Origin: Candidatus Saccharimonadota bacterium
GTDB taxonomy: Bacteria > Patescibacteriota > Gracilibacteria > UBA1369 > 2-02-FULL-48-14
NCBI GenBank assembly: GCA_041661045.1
Contig: JBAZVE010000001.1
Coordinates: 870,001-902,000 of the forward strand
Direction of reading: 5' to 3'
DNA length: 32,000 nt
Under the pieces are notes generated by a model. That model worked only from the letters and a program-made list of their open reading frames with translations. It ran no database searches and was not told the origin of the DNA. Of the stretch, positions 1-8,671 are shown piece after piece; position 1 is the stretch's first letter; each line of letters opens with the position of its first letter. Position numbers and translations under genes: made by a program.

Positions 1-1408
1 AAAATAAAACTGCGGCGATGCCTGCTGAAGCGAAGTTATATGGGTTAGCATATTTTAGATACTTCATGTGATCGGCGCCGGTAACACCAGATGCCATATT
101 GGTCATTCCAGCTACTGGTGAAGTGGTGTCTCCAAACGTTCCGCCAGTAATAACTGCTGCTACACAAATTGGAATTGAGACGCCACTGGATACAGCAATG
201 AAAATTGCAAAAGGCATAATTAGTGAAGCTGTGGCCCAACCCTCCCCAATAAAATAAGTCACAAGAGAAGATATGAGAAAAAGTGATACAGGGATGCTCC
301 ATATGGGCAGCTGATTTCCCAAAAGCTGTTGGATGAAATCACTCAAACCTAATTCCTGCGAAACGTCACCCAAAGCCCATGCGATCACGAGAATAATCAA
401 TATTCTCATTAGTTCGTTTCCTCCCGAGATCATGTCTTCGGTCATTTTCTTTAAAGGGTACTTTTGGAAGGCATAAAGCAAGCCCGTAATAAATATTGAA
501 ATAGATAGTGCAACCAACATTGCCATATTAGGGTCGGTGGCGGAAATAATGGATGCAATAGTTTCATTTACTCCATTCTCACCCCTGCCAAAGTACCAGA
601 AGAAAAAGAAACAAAGGGAAACAACCGTTAACATGGGTACTATTAGGTTGATTATGCGTGGTTTTATTTGTGGCTTTTCATCACCCATAGACATACTCAT
701 TTCGTCAGCAGTCTCTTTGTGATAATGCTCACCCTGTTTTCCTAAAGGCTGTTTTCTCCATTGAAAAAATATGGTGCTGAAAGTGATGAGAAGAACCACA
801 ATACTATAAAATTCAAAAGGAATAGCGCGAAGTAAAACGCTATAAGCCGATTGCTCTTCAAGTACTCCTGCAGATTCCAATCCCTGACTGATATTGGCTA
901 TATTGAACCCTACGAAAGTCGTAGCTATTGGAATGACTTCAAGAACCGGACTGGCTGTATTATTGATCATGAATGCAAGCCGTTCCTTCGCTATTTTATG
1001 TTTTTCTGCGAGTGAACGCATGATGGACCCCGCACCAACAATTCTGAAGTCACAATCAATGAACGTAACGGGTATCAATGCCCACAAGGTGTAAAAGACT
1101 CCACGGTCGCTTTTGATGTATTTACCGAGCCAACTTGAAAAGGCCTTGATGCCGCCTGCATTTTTTATAAGTGTGATCAAGCCGTTGAACAAATACAGAA
1201 AAAGTAAGACCTGTAAGTTACTTGTGTCCGACAATATCTTTAATATATTTTCTATGGCGACTTCCAGTCCGCCTATAATTGATGGGTCCAATAAATAGGA
1301 ACCCACCAATAAACCCAAGAGGAGCGACGGTAAAATCTTTTTTGACCAAATTGCAAAAGCAATGGTGATCACTGGGGGCAGAACTGAAAGCCAAGTTAGA
1401 GTTTCCAT
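1..1408 (-). CDS. NhaC-family Na+/H+ antiporter-like membrane protein, C-terminus runs off the left edge
   Basis: Absent from the ORF track because it has no in-window stop. Hand translation of the minus strand from the ATG at 1406-1408 stays open for 469 codons down to position 1 (METLTWLSVLPPVITIAFAIWSKK...GGTFGDTTSPVAGMTNMASGVTGADHMKYLKY). It is polytopic, and its GD..SP...T / DH segment is typical of the NhaC family. Confidence 0.75.
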   Translation of the reverse strand, partial: METLTWLSVLPPVITIAFAIWSKKILPSLLLGLLVGSYLLDPSIIGGLEVAIENILKILSDTSNLQVLLFLYLFNGLITLIKNAGGIKAFSSWLGKYIKSDRGVFYTLWALIPVTFIDCDFRIVGAGSIMRSLAEKHKIAKERLAFMINNTASPVLEVIPIATTFVGFNIANISQGLESAGVLEEQSAYSVLLRAIPFEFYSIVVLLITFSTIFFQWRKQPLGKQGEHYHKETADEMSMSMGDEKPQIKPRIINLIVPMLTVVSLCFFFFWYFGRGENGVNETIASIISATDPNMAMLVALSISIFITGLLYAFQKYPLKKMTEDMISGGNELMRILIILVIAWALGDVSQELGLSDFIQQLLGNQLPIWSIPVSLFLISSLVTYFIGEGWATASLIMPFAIFIAVSSGVSIPICVAAVITGGTFGDTTSPVAGMTNMASGVTGADHMKYLKYANPYNFASAGIAAVLF

Positions 1409-1455
1409 AGAAATTTAAATTAAAGGATCTTTTCTTTCGAGTATCATGTGATTTC

Positions 1456-1980
1456 CTACGCAGATGGGGTAATTGGTTTTTCACTTTTTTGAAGTCGACT
1501 CACCAGTTCTATTAAACGTCCTGGATAGGGTACATATTTGAACTCAAGTGTTTGATAACTGGTAGGTAAATTCATTTCTACTTCTCCGTAGTGTAAAAGA
1601 TTCTTAATCAGTCCTCGTTGGTGTTTTTCAATTTCATTGATCTCTTGGATATTGATATAGCTCATGTCGTGGCGCACATAAGGGAAGAAGCGGAAGTCGA
1701 TGATTCTCCTTTTTGTGACTGCTAAACCTGAAAGCTGTAAGGACAGTAGATAGAGAAAGAGCAAATGATGCGCAATCAAAATGGTGCCGTAAGCTATAAA
1801 AGTAACCACCATAGCTGCTGGATGAGCCAGCTCATGTAGGTTGGTACCCAGCCAGAACAAGAAAGCTCCTAATGAAAGCCCAACTAAGTAAAGAGAAAGC
1901 GGCAAAAGGAAAACCATCCAATGTTCGTGCAGGAGCATAAGTAAAGGTTCCTTGTTTTGGTCTTGTTCATGGCTGTTCAT
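1456..1980 (-). CDS. Membrane protein with two N-terminal TM helices and a bacterial PH-like (YdbS/YdbT-type) C-terminal domain
   Basis: 174-aa ORF. Hydrophobic hairpin (FLLPLSLYLVGLSLGAFLFWLG / VVTFIAYGTILIAHHLLFLYLL) followed by VTKRRIIDF...INIQEINEIE..., which resembles the bPH_2 fold. The family call is from memory. Confidence 0.55.
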   Translation of the reverse strand: MNSHEQDQNKEPLLMLLHEHWMVFLLPLSLYLVGLSLGAFLFWLGTNLHELAHPAAMVVTFIAYGTILIAHHLLFLYLLSLQLSGLAVTKRRIIDFRFFPYVRHDMSYINIQEINEIEKHQRGLIKNLLHYGEVEMNLPTSYQTLEFKYVPYPGRLIELVSRLQKSEKPITPSA

Positions 1981-1983
1981 AAA

Positions 1984-2214
1984 TTAGATGGAAAACAAGT
2001 ACAGAGTAAATCCTAAGGTTAGTACTAGAAGCGCAACGGCGTAGAATTTTAATAAAAAATTAAGAGCAGGTGTCTCAATTTGTTTTTTGTTTTCGTAGCC
2101 TAGTATTTTCATCTGTGTGTTTGTATATCCAAAAATATCTTTCTGAATAAGAACGTACCAAAGAACCGTAAAAAGGTGTGAGATTCCTAAAATGATCCAT
2201 AATATCAGATTCAT
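1984..2214 (-). CDS. Small two-TM membrane protein, unknown function
   Basis: 76-aa ORF tightly packed between co-directional neighbours, with two clear hydrophobic helices. Confidence 0.5.
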   Translation of the reverse strand: MNLILWIILGISHLFTVLWYVLIQKDIFGYTNTQMKILGYENKKQIETPALNFLLKFYAVALLVLTLGFTLYLFSI

Positions 2215-2220
2215 GAGAAA

Positions 2221-2652
2221 TTAATTGTTTAAATCCCATTTAAAATTGCGCTCTTTAACACCGCCAATGTCTTTCAAAATAAGCTCAATAGCTCCTGGCT
2301 TGTTTCCCGTTTTTTCAAAACTTAAAATGCCTTCCTGATGATGAGATTGCTCGCTCGACATTTCCCAAGAAAAAGCTGAAAGGGTTTGCCTATTGTCGAG
2401 GAGCAGCTCTGCGTCACCCTTTAGATCTTCCGGTAGTTCACCAGAATGGGTGTTCAGCTCAATCTCAAAGCTCCAATTGTCGGATTCCAATGAAGTGATT
2501 GGATTAACAGTTACTGTGACCCCTCCTTCATCACTCGTCAGGGTGTTAGTATCTTGTAACTCTTTATTTTTGATCGTTATCCAATAAACAAGCAAGACCA
2601 CACCAATGGAAATAGCAATGAGTCCTAAGCTTAGAGTTGCTGATCTTTTCAT
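2221..2652 (-). CDS. N-terminally membrane-anchored extracytoplasmic protein, unknown function
   Basis: 143-aa ORF with a signal-anchor (ATLSLGLIAISIGVVLLVYWI) and a soluble domain containing SHHQEG. Its start overlaps the upstream gene's stop by 4 nt (2649-2652). Confidence 0.65.
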   Translation of the reverse strand: MKRSATLSLGLIAISIGVVLLVYWITIKNKELQDTNTLTSDEGGVTVTVNPITSLESDNWSFEIELNTHSGELPEDLKGDAELLLDNRQTLSAFSWEMSSEQSHHQEGILSFEKTGNKPGAIELILKDIGGVKERNFKWDLNN

Positions 2653-3101
2653 GCTTGTTTTTTAAAATTTATAATTTGCTTGGTGATGTAGGCCAATCCG
2701 AGAATATTGAAGGCAAGTCCTACTAGGAACAACTCTTCTTGGTAATCAGGGATTACGGTTAAGAAACCGGATACTCCAAGAATCGGGATAATATTGGCCA
2801 GATAGTGAGCGCAACACGAAATCATGGCAAGGGTGGAGCTAGTTCCCGAAACAGCCAATGCTTTCCCTGTGCCTGTTGGGCAGTGGTGAGCAATGCTCAT
2901 CCTCAAATAAGAGTAAAGTCCTAGTTGGAGCCCAAAACCAATCGCTAGTGGAACGATATATATCCAAAACTGAGCGAACTGGTTTTGAGCGAAATACCAC
3001 CCCGAAATTAAGCTCACAATTGAGAAGAAAAACGTGAGGAGCAAAGAAGTGCCTAAGACTCCCCACAGCACGGCTTTGATTTTAAGGCTAAGTTGAGTCA
3101 T
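2649..3101 (-). CDS. Polytopic membrane protein with HHCPTG and SCCAHY motifs (putative metal/thiol-handling)
   Basis: The ORF track gives 2649..3131. I prefer the internal ATG at 3099-3101 (MTQLSLKIK...) because it avoids overlap with the DUF2933 gene that ends at 3109. Architecture is shared with the ORFs at 11045 and 12463. Confidence 0.65.
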   Translation of the reverse strand: MTQLSLKIKAVLWGVLGTSLLLTFFFSIVSLISGWYFAQNQFAQFWIYIVPLAIGFGLQLGLYSYLRMSIAHHCPTGTGKALAVSGTSSTLAMISCCAHYLANIIPILGVSGFLTVIPDYQEELFLVGLAFNILGLAYITKQIINFKKQA

Positions 3102-3108
3102 GGGATTA

Positions 3109-3288
3109 TTATTGATGTTTGTGTCCACCATGCCCTCCGTGTCCGAATAGGTGCATCAATGGGCAGGCGAGTAAAATAAGATACGGTAGGACGGACAAGA
3201 CATGTGAAGTATGCGTCTTTAAAAGGAATATAAGTCCGACAATGCCAATGATGAGAACTATTCCCCATGTTCTTTTTGAGAATTCCAT
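3109..3288 (-). CDS. DUF2933-like small membrane protein with a C-terminal His/Gly tail
   Basis: 59 aa, so below the ORF-track cutoff. Hand translated: MEFSKRTWGIVLIIGIVGLIFLLKTHTSHVLSVLPYLILLACPLMHLFGHGGHGGHKHQ*. The LLACPLMH..HGGHGGH pattern is typical of DUF2933 proteins in metal-resistance loci. Confidence 0.7.
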   Translation of the reverse strand: MEFSKRTWGIVLIIGIVGLIFLLKTHTSHVLSVLPYLILLACPLMHLFGHGGHGGHKHQ

Positions 3289-3307
3289 ATGCTTATTGAA
3301 TTACTGA

Positions 3308-3529
3308 TTAAATGAGTTCACCTTTCTTTTCAAGCATCATGTGATGAATCGTTGCAATTTGTGCCCAGATTGCAATGAGAATAAGGATGGCCGTGCAGGC
3401 TAAAGCGTCTGCTTTTGTAATTCCGAATACAAGGTTATCAGCCCCACCAAGGATGGCGGACACAAATGTAACGACTCCGGCGAATCCGACTAAAACACTG
3501 ATAACGTGAAGTAATTTTGATAGTTTCAT
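3308..3529 (-). CDS. Small two-TM membrane protein, unknown function
   Basis: 73-aa ORF with two hydrophobic helices, co-directional within the island. Confidence 0.55.
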   Translation of the reverse strand: MKLSKLLHVISVLVGFAGVVTFVSAILGGADNLVFGITKADALACTAILILIAIWAQIATIHHMMLEKKGELI

Positions 3530-3547
3530 AATTTTAGGATTAATGGA

Positions 3548-3730
3548 TTAATTGAGATATTTTTCTGGATCACTGACGAATTGATCTTTGCAAGCCGTAC
3601 TGCAAAAGTAATAGATTGTTCCTTTGTGGGCGACTTGGAGGGTTTCTTCTGTGATTTCGGGCTCCATGCCACAAACTACGTCCTTAACTGGAGACATACT
3701 TTTATGACCGCAACATGATGAGTTTTCCAT
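3548..3730 (-). CDS. YHS/TRASH-domain metal-binding protein
   Basis: 60 aa. VVCGMEPE...AHKGTIYYFCSTACKDQFVSDPEKYL matches the YHS domain pattern (C-G-M ... YYFCS..C...F..P..Y). Confidence 0.85.
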   Translation of the reverse strand: MENSSCCGHKSMSPVKDVVCGMEPEITEETLQVAHKGTIYYFCSTACKDQFVSDPEKYLN

Positions 3731-3808
3731 ATATTTATTGTTTATTAAATAAGTATTACCTCTATGTAATTAGTTTGCCTGTGCACGACTTTCGTTTTAA
3801 ATTTTTGA

Positions 3809-4582
3809 TTAAACATATGATTTTTTTGTTACAGTAGAACGTCTTATGAAGAAACCTGTGTAAACTACCATAAATCCAACTGTGACCAGAGATAGTAAAA
3901 GTCCAGCCTGATTGTCATATCCATATAGAGGTGGAAATGGACTCAGGTGCGGGTAGGTGTGGAACACAATAAAATAGGTTCCAAGCGTAAAAACTCTAGC
4001 CTGAAGCCACCTTTCTTTATTGAGAAACCCAATGATCAAAGCGGATCCAAGTACGGCGAGCTGCGGGATTGCGCCTTCTCCAAGATTCAGATAAATAAAA
4101 ACCCAATTCCATAGAGTGTAGCCGATGATCCATGCCAAGGTCATATCACTCCAGTATAAATCCTTATACTTTCCCTTGGTATCAATATGGATTGTATTTA
4201 TTTTGGCCAAAGTCACTATCAGCAAAATACCAGCCGTTGCATTCAAATAATTCGCAAGATTCGCTGTTTCAATATCTCTAACAACTGCCTCAAGAATGTT
4301 GAAAACCAGAAAGAAATAAATAGACCATTGGCATAGTTTGGTGTGTCCCAGCTTTGTAGTCCTTAATAGAGAAAGTAGGATGATTCCGGTCACAACAGAG
4401 AACACCTTGGCCCAAAGGAACCAATCGGCGACCCCTATTAATAATATCCAACAAGGGAAAAGGATAATCGAAGCGACTCCGAAAAATGCCAACGTGAATC
4501 TTGGATAACGATGAAATATCTCTTGGGTCACAAGTAGCCCTATAAATATAAGCAAGAGATAGAGGAGTGAAAAGAATGTCAT
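3809..4582 (-). CDS. Polytopic (about 8 TM) membrane protein, unknown function
   Basis: 257-aa ORF, hydrophobic throughout, with no recognisable catalytic motif. Confidence 0.7.
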   Translation of the reverse strand: MTFFSLLYLLLIFIGLLVTQEIFHRYPRFTLAFFGVASIILFPCWILLIGVADWFLWAKVFSVVTGIILLSLLRTTKLGHTKLCQWSIYFFLVFNILEAVVRDIETANLANYLNATAGILLIVTLAKINTIHIDTKGKYKDLYWSDMTLAWIIGYTLWNWVFIYLNLGEGAIPQLAVLGSALIIGFLNKERWLQARVFTLGTYFIVFHTYPHLSPFPPLYGYDNQAGLLLSLVTVGFMVVYTGFFIRRSTVTKKSYV

Positions 4583-4593
4583 ACTTTCAGAGG

Positions 4594-4857
4594 TTATCGA
4601 TTTCCATGTTCCATGCTGGAGTTAAGCATCCAGACCATGTAGGCCGCAAAAATCCATGCAAAAAAGAAGATCTCTATGGCTCCCAAGACGGTGCTACCTA
4701 GATTGATCCAAGTGAAGCCAGGAATCATTTCAAAAATAGAGTGGTGAAGATCGGCATCGGCTCCGGTTAAGCTGCTGCCATAAAGGAGACAGATTAAATA
4801 AAATACCTCGGCTCCTAAGACGCAGCGCCAACCGTATTTTGATAAAGAGAATTTCAT
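4594..4857 (-). CDS. Small membrane protein, unknown function
   Basis: 87-aa ORF with two or three hydrophobic segments, immediately downstream of the multicopper oxidase gene. Confidence 0.55.
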   Translation of the reverse strand: MKFSLSKYGWRCVLGAEVFYLICLLYGSSLTGADADLHHSIFEMIPGFTWINLGSTVLGAIEIFFFAWIFAAYMVWMLNSSMEHGNR

Positions 4858-4876
4858 ATAAAAAGGGTTAAAAAAC

Positions 4877-6433
4877 TTAAAGAGAAGAAACTTTGAAAGG
4901 CATCATCATTCCGCTTTCAAGGTGTTCGGGAATATGACAGTGGAGCATCCACTCGCCTGGATTAGACATTTCAACCAAGAGTTCAACCGTGGAACCTGAT
5001 GGAATTAAGACTGTGTCTTTCCAAACCAAGTTATCTGACTTCACTCCATCTACGGACAAGATCAGGAAGCGTTGACCGTGTATATGGATCGGATGCTGCA
5101 TTGGATGGGTGGTGTCGTCGGGATTGGCTACTTGAATTTTCACCAAGTCGCCCTCTTTGAAGTTCCAGTCGTCGATGTCCATGTTCGTTTTTTCCGTGTC
5201 TTCGTCTAAGAGCTGCCACTCCAATGTGTCTGTGTTTGAAGTGCTATTCATCATGCTCATGGTGTCTTCCCATTCAATCGGTTCTCCATCATTCATCATC
5301 CCCATCTCTGAATCATCCATCATCATTCCACCGTGCATGGAGTGAGAACCTCCCATGCCCTTCATATCTAGGTCAATGGATAGAAACTTATCTATATAGC
5401 TCTCGAAACTAGAACGGTAAGGGTCGATACTGGCGATGGTGCTCTGGTGTGTTTTAAGAGTATTGAAGTCAGTGGCGTAAGATTCAGATAGCTCTTCGTC
5501 GGAGACTTGGAAATCTGCCAAGGTATAAGTTCTATCTGGTGTTTTGTGGACTAAGGAGAAGTCACCTGATTCTGCAAACATCACCTCAACAATTGCGCGC
5601 TCGGATGGCCCAAGCAGAACTTCGTCTGCCCATTCGTCGTGTTCATAGAGTCCATTGTCTGCTCCAACCAATTTCATTTGTGCGCCGGGAATGCTTAGAT
5701 TGAAAACTCGAGTGTTGGCAGCATTGGTGATGTAAAAGCGTATGACTTCACCTTTCTTTGCCGTCAGGCCGTAATCCGTGCTTCCATTCACAAGCATGGT
5801 GTTTCCAAAGCGACCCATGAGGGTGTGAGTGACTTCATCAAAGGAGTAAGAAGCCAGTTCGTTTCCTTGCATAAGGATGTCATCGACCATCAAGGTTTCT
5901 TCTCTATTCACTGGGGACCAATCTTCTTCATCGGCGACGATGATGTAGTTTCCATAGAGCCCCATGTCTTGAGCGTAATCTTCTCTCAAGTGAGGGTGGT
6001 ACCAAAATACACCTGAATCATCGAAGCGAACCGAGTATGTGAACGTTTCTCCTGGCTGGATTGCCTCCTGGGTTACGTCCGGAACTCCATCAAAGGCGTT
6101 ATCCAAACGCACACCGTGCGAATGAAGGGTGGTTTCGATCTCTGTGTTGTTAGTGAAATTGATCGTAACGGTTGAGCCTTGCTTCACTTTGAGTGTGGGG
6201 CCGGGAATAGAACCGTTGTAAGCCAACATTTTATAGAGTGAGCCATTGAGCTCTTTCTCAACAAAAGAGGATTCAAGGTCATAGGTGTCTCCATCATTCA
6301 GCTCTACGATTTGAGTGCTGGAGGCCAAAGGTGCTTCGGAAGTTTCTTCCACAGCACCTTCTTGGGTCGTATTCTGGCAGGCCGTGAGAAAGGAGAGAGT
6401 GAGGAAGGCGATGATCAGTGAGGTTTTTTTCAT
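4877..6433 (-). CDS. Multicopper oxidase lipoprotein (CopA/CueO/laccase-like) with a Met-rich insert
   Basis: All four copper-site motifs are present: HSHGV, WYHPH, HPIHIHG and HCHIPEHLESGMM. Met-rich segment MKGMGGSHSMHGGMMMDDSEMGMMNDG. Lipobox LSFLTAC. I prefer the ATG at 6431-6433 (MKKTSLII...) over the track start at 6466 because it removes the overlap with the upstream gene. Confidence 0.9.
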   Translation of the reverse strand: MKKTSLIIAFLTLSFLTACQNTTQEGAVEETSEAPLASSTQIVELNDGDTYDLESSFVEKELNGSLYKMLAYNGSIPGPTLKVKQGSTVTINFTNNTEIETTLHSHGVRLDNAFDGVPDVTQEAIQPGETFTYSVRFDDSGVFWYHPHLREDYAQDMGLYGNYIIVADEEDWSPVNREETLMVDDILMQGNELASYSFDEVTHTLMGRFGNTMLVNGSTDYGLTAKKGEVIRFYITNAANTRVFNLSIPGAQMKLVGADNGLYEHDEWADEVLLGPSERAIVEVMFAESGDFSLVHKTPDRTYTLADFQVSDEELSESYATDFNTLKTHQSTIASIDPYRSSFESYIDKFLSIDLDMKGMGGSHSMHGGMMMDDSEMGMMNDGEPIEWEDTMSMMNSTSNTDTLEWQLLDEDTEKTNMDIDDWNFKEGDLVKIQVANPDDTTHPMQHPIHIHGQRFLILSVDGVKSDNLVWKDTVLIPSGSTVELLVEMSNPGEWMLHCHIPEHLESGMMMPFKVSSL

Positions 6434-6447
6434 AGAATTAAAAAGGG

Positions 6448-8325
6448 TTAATAGATTTTCTCCCAAGTGAGTCCGCTATTCTCACTTTTGTAAACTTGGT
6501 TGTTCTCGTCGATGGCATAAACCATTTGAGGATTGCTTGCAGAAAAGGCAATAAAATAAAGAACTGCATTGGGTGCGCCCGCTAGTGAAGCCCATGTTTT
6601 CCCGCCATCATTGCTTGAAGCCAAACCTAAGGTATCTGAGAAACTGAGCATTTGGTTTCTATCTTTTGGATTTTGCGACATAGAAATGATAATGCTTGCT
6701 TCGAGAGAAGTTGATAAGCTCTCCCAGTTTTCCCCTCCATCGCTACTCATCCAAATTCCTTGCTGTGTACTCGCGTACACAGTTTTTACATCAGCCACGT
6801 CTGCTACGAGCGCGATGATCTTTTCGGGCTGTTTATCCAGTAGCATCCACGTTGTGCCCCCGTCCGTACTTTTTTGTATTTGGCCGCTAAATAGTCCGTA
6901 AATGATATTTGAATTAACAGGGCTGACAGTCATGGTATGAAAATCAACCGGCCCATTTATTCCATCTGATATTTTTTCCCAAGTCTCACCACTGTCTATC
7001 GTCTTTTGAAAGCCAATATTCCCTCCGTAAGAAGGGTGACCGCTACTGTAAAAGGTTTTGGAATTCTTTGCATCAGCCGTAAAGCCCATGAGGTCGTTTG
7101 TAGTTTCTCCAATTCGGTACAAATCTTTTTCATCTTTAAGTAGAAGCAGCCCTTCATGGGTCGCAATGTATAGTTTATTGGGATTTTCTATATCTACAGC
7201 CAAACCATGAGGGTGGGAAATGGAATTGACGGGGGTGAGTGAAACTGAAGATTCACTGGTTTCACGTTCCCACACGCTGACGCCATTTGGCGCTTCACCT
7301 ATTTCGATGGTTTTGGTGACTTGATCGGTTTTGGTGTCAATGATGGAAAGGTTTCCACTCACGATATTGGTCACATAAACTTCTGAACCGTCTTTAGAGA
7401 TTGCCACCCCGTGTGGACCTTCACCTGCAATGATGGTTGAAACAACTTCTTGAGATTCTAGATCGACTTTATAGACTTTATCGCTTGTGGGTTGGTCGAA
7501 GTAATAACCTTGATCGGCGATATAAACATATCGCGAATCTGGAGTTGGATAGACTTGAACAGGTCCTTTTGCGTCTGGAAGAAGAACCGTGCTTGTTTCT
7601 TTTGTTTCAATATTATGGATACCCAATTGTTTGGTGGAGTACATTGACCCAAATGCATATTTACCATCAGGTGTGACGCCGGTTTGTACCACCGCGTCTC
7701 CGAAATCAATGATTTCAAATGCTTCGGTTTCGAGATTGAGAATCCCCATTCCCTTAGTGCCCATCAGCGCAATATAAGCAAAATTTCCCTCTGGATCGAG
7801 ACGAAGACCGTGAGGCTCAGAACCCTCAGGAAGATCAACCGTTTTTTCTAGGGTAAAAGTTTGAGAGTTTACTATAAAAACTTTATTTCCTTCTTGAGCA
7901 TTGGCATAAGCCCACGCACTGTCCGGACTTAAGACGACATGGGCAAGATGAAGATCAGTTCCTAAATTTATTTGCTGACTGATTTCATCCGTTTTTGTAG
8001 AAACAACTACGAGTTGGTCTTCTGTATCCAGAGAGCTTTCGTTTGAATGCATGTCGTCCTCACCCTCTTCCATCGTATTTACAGTTACCCAAAGGGCCTC
8101 ACCATTTGGAGACACTTGCACATTGTGAGGCATGCCAGGGAGATCTATTCTCTTTACGACCACACCTGTTTCTGGGTCGATTACGGCTACTTGATTATCA
8201 TTTTCTACGGCAACATAGACCTTTTTATCAGGTGAACTTTCTTCTTGCACGGTATCTGTATTTTGACTTTGGCAAGCACTTAAAATGAGTGCTGTGCCAA
8301 GTAGGAGTGAAAGTATTTTTTTCAT
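6448..8325 (-). CDS. Lipoprotein with two beta-propeller regions: N-terminal YVTN-type repeats and C-terminal BNR/Asp-box repeats
   Basis: 625 aa with lipobox LILSAC. Repeated YVTN-like blades (KVYVAVENDNQVAVID, EVYVTNIVSGNLSIID, YVYIADQG). Five Asp-box-like S.D.G.TW motifs (TIDSGETW, STDGGTTW, SSDGGENW, SNDGGKTW, SENSGLTW). Confidence 0.85.
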   Translation of the reverse strand: MKKILSLLLGTALILSACQSQNTDTVQEESSPDKKVYVAVENDNQVAVIDPETGVVVKRIDLPGMPHNVQVSPNGEALWVTVNTMEEGEDDMHSNESSLDTEDQLVVVSTKTDEISQQINLGTDLHLAHVVLSPDSAWAYANAQEGNKVFIVNSQTFTLEKTVDLPEGSEPHGLRLDPEGNFAYIALMGTKGMGILNLETEAFEIIDFGDAVVQTGVTPDGKYAFGSMYSTKQLGIHNIETKETSTVLLPDAKGPVQVYPTPDSRYVYIADQGYYFDQPTSDKVYKVDLESQEVVSTIIAGEGPHGVAISKDGSEVYVTNIVSGNLSIIDTKTDQVTKTIEIGEAPNGVSVWERETSESSVSLTPVNSISHPHGLAVDIENPNKLYIATHEGLLLLKDEKDLYRIGETTNDLMGFTADAKNSKTFYSSGHPSYGGNIGFQKTIDSGETWEKISDGINGPVDFHTMTVSPVNSNIIYGLFSGQIQKSTDGGTTWMLLDKQPEKIIALVADVADVKTVYASTQQGIWMSSDGGENWESLSTSLEASIIISMSQNPKDRNQMLSFSDTLGLASSNDGGKTWASLAGAPNAVLYFIAFSASNPQMVYAIDENNQVYKSENSGLTWEKIY

Positions 8326-8362
8326 ATCAGTGAGTTATAGGCTAAATCGATTCAATCGCCTA

Positions 8363-8671
8363 TCACTCTCTCTGTATGACTCCTTTTAGGGTACGCCGGA
8401 GAAGGTTTCTATCCGGACGCAGCGGTACAGGACTTAAGGAAGATTTGTTTTCAGAATAAGAAAGGAAAACAAAAAATACTGGAACAACTAAGGTGAGTAG
8501 TAGTGGGAGGACTGCTTCACTTTGATTTACTGCTGACTCGAGGATGCAGTGCTCACTAAATGCACAAGTATTTTCATGTCCTTGACTACTCATTAGTAGA
8601 GCAAAAGAGAACTGGAGTAGGCTCAAGCCTACAATCAGCATCCACAGCATTTTTGTCTTTAGTGATTTCAT
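8363..8671 (-). CDS. Small membrane protein with a conserved C-terminal KGVIQRE tail; paralog of 13641..13973
   Basis: 102-aa ORF whose start overlaps the ATPase stop by 4 nt (8668-8671). N-terminal signal/TM, Cys pair (NTCAFSEHC), second TM, and a tail ...RRTLKGVIQRE shared with the 110-aa ORF. Confidence 0.6.
   Translation of the reverse strand: MKSLKTKMLWMLIVGLSLLQFSFALLMSSQGHENTCAFSEHCILESAVNQSEAVLPLLLTLVVPVFFVFLSYSENKSSLSPVPLRPDRNLLRRTLKGVIQRE

Noticed and set aside
45-1484. Track ORFs 45..302(-), 537..722(+), 894..1094(+), 1113..1298(+) and 1218..1484(-)
   Set aside because: All lie inside, or out of frame with, the 469-codon NhaC-like frame that is open from 1408 to the window edge. 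Their sequences are featureless, so they are treated as spurious.
8337-8363. Inverted repeat ATAGGC...GCCTAT with an inner CGATTCAATCG palindrome between the 102-aa gene and the propeller gene
   Set aside because: The stems are short, no U-tract follows on the transcribed strand, and it occurs only once. It cannot be distinguished from chance, so it is not reported as a terminator or operator.
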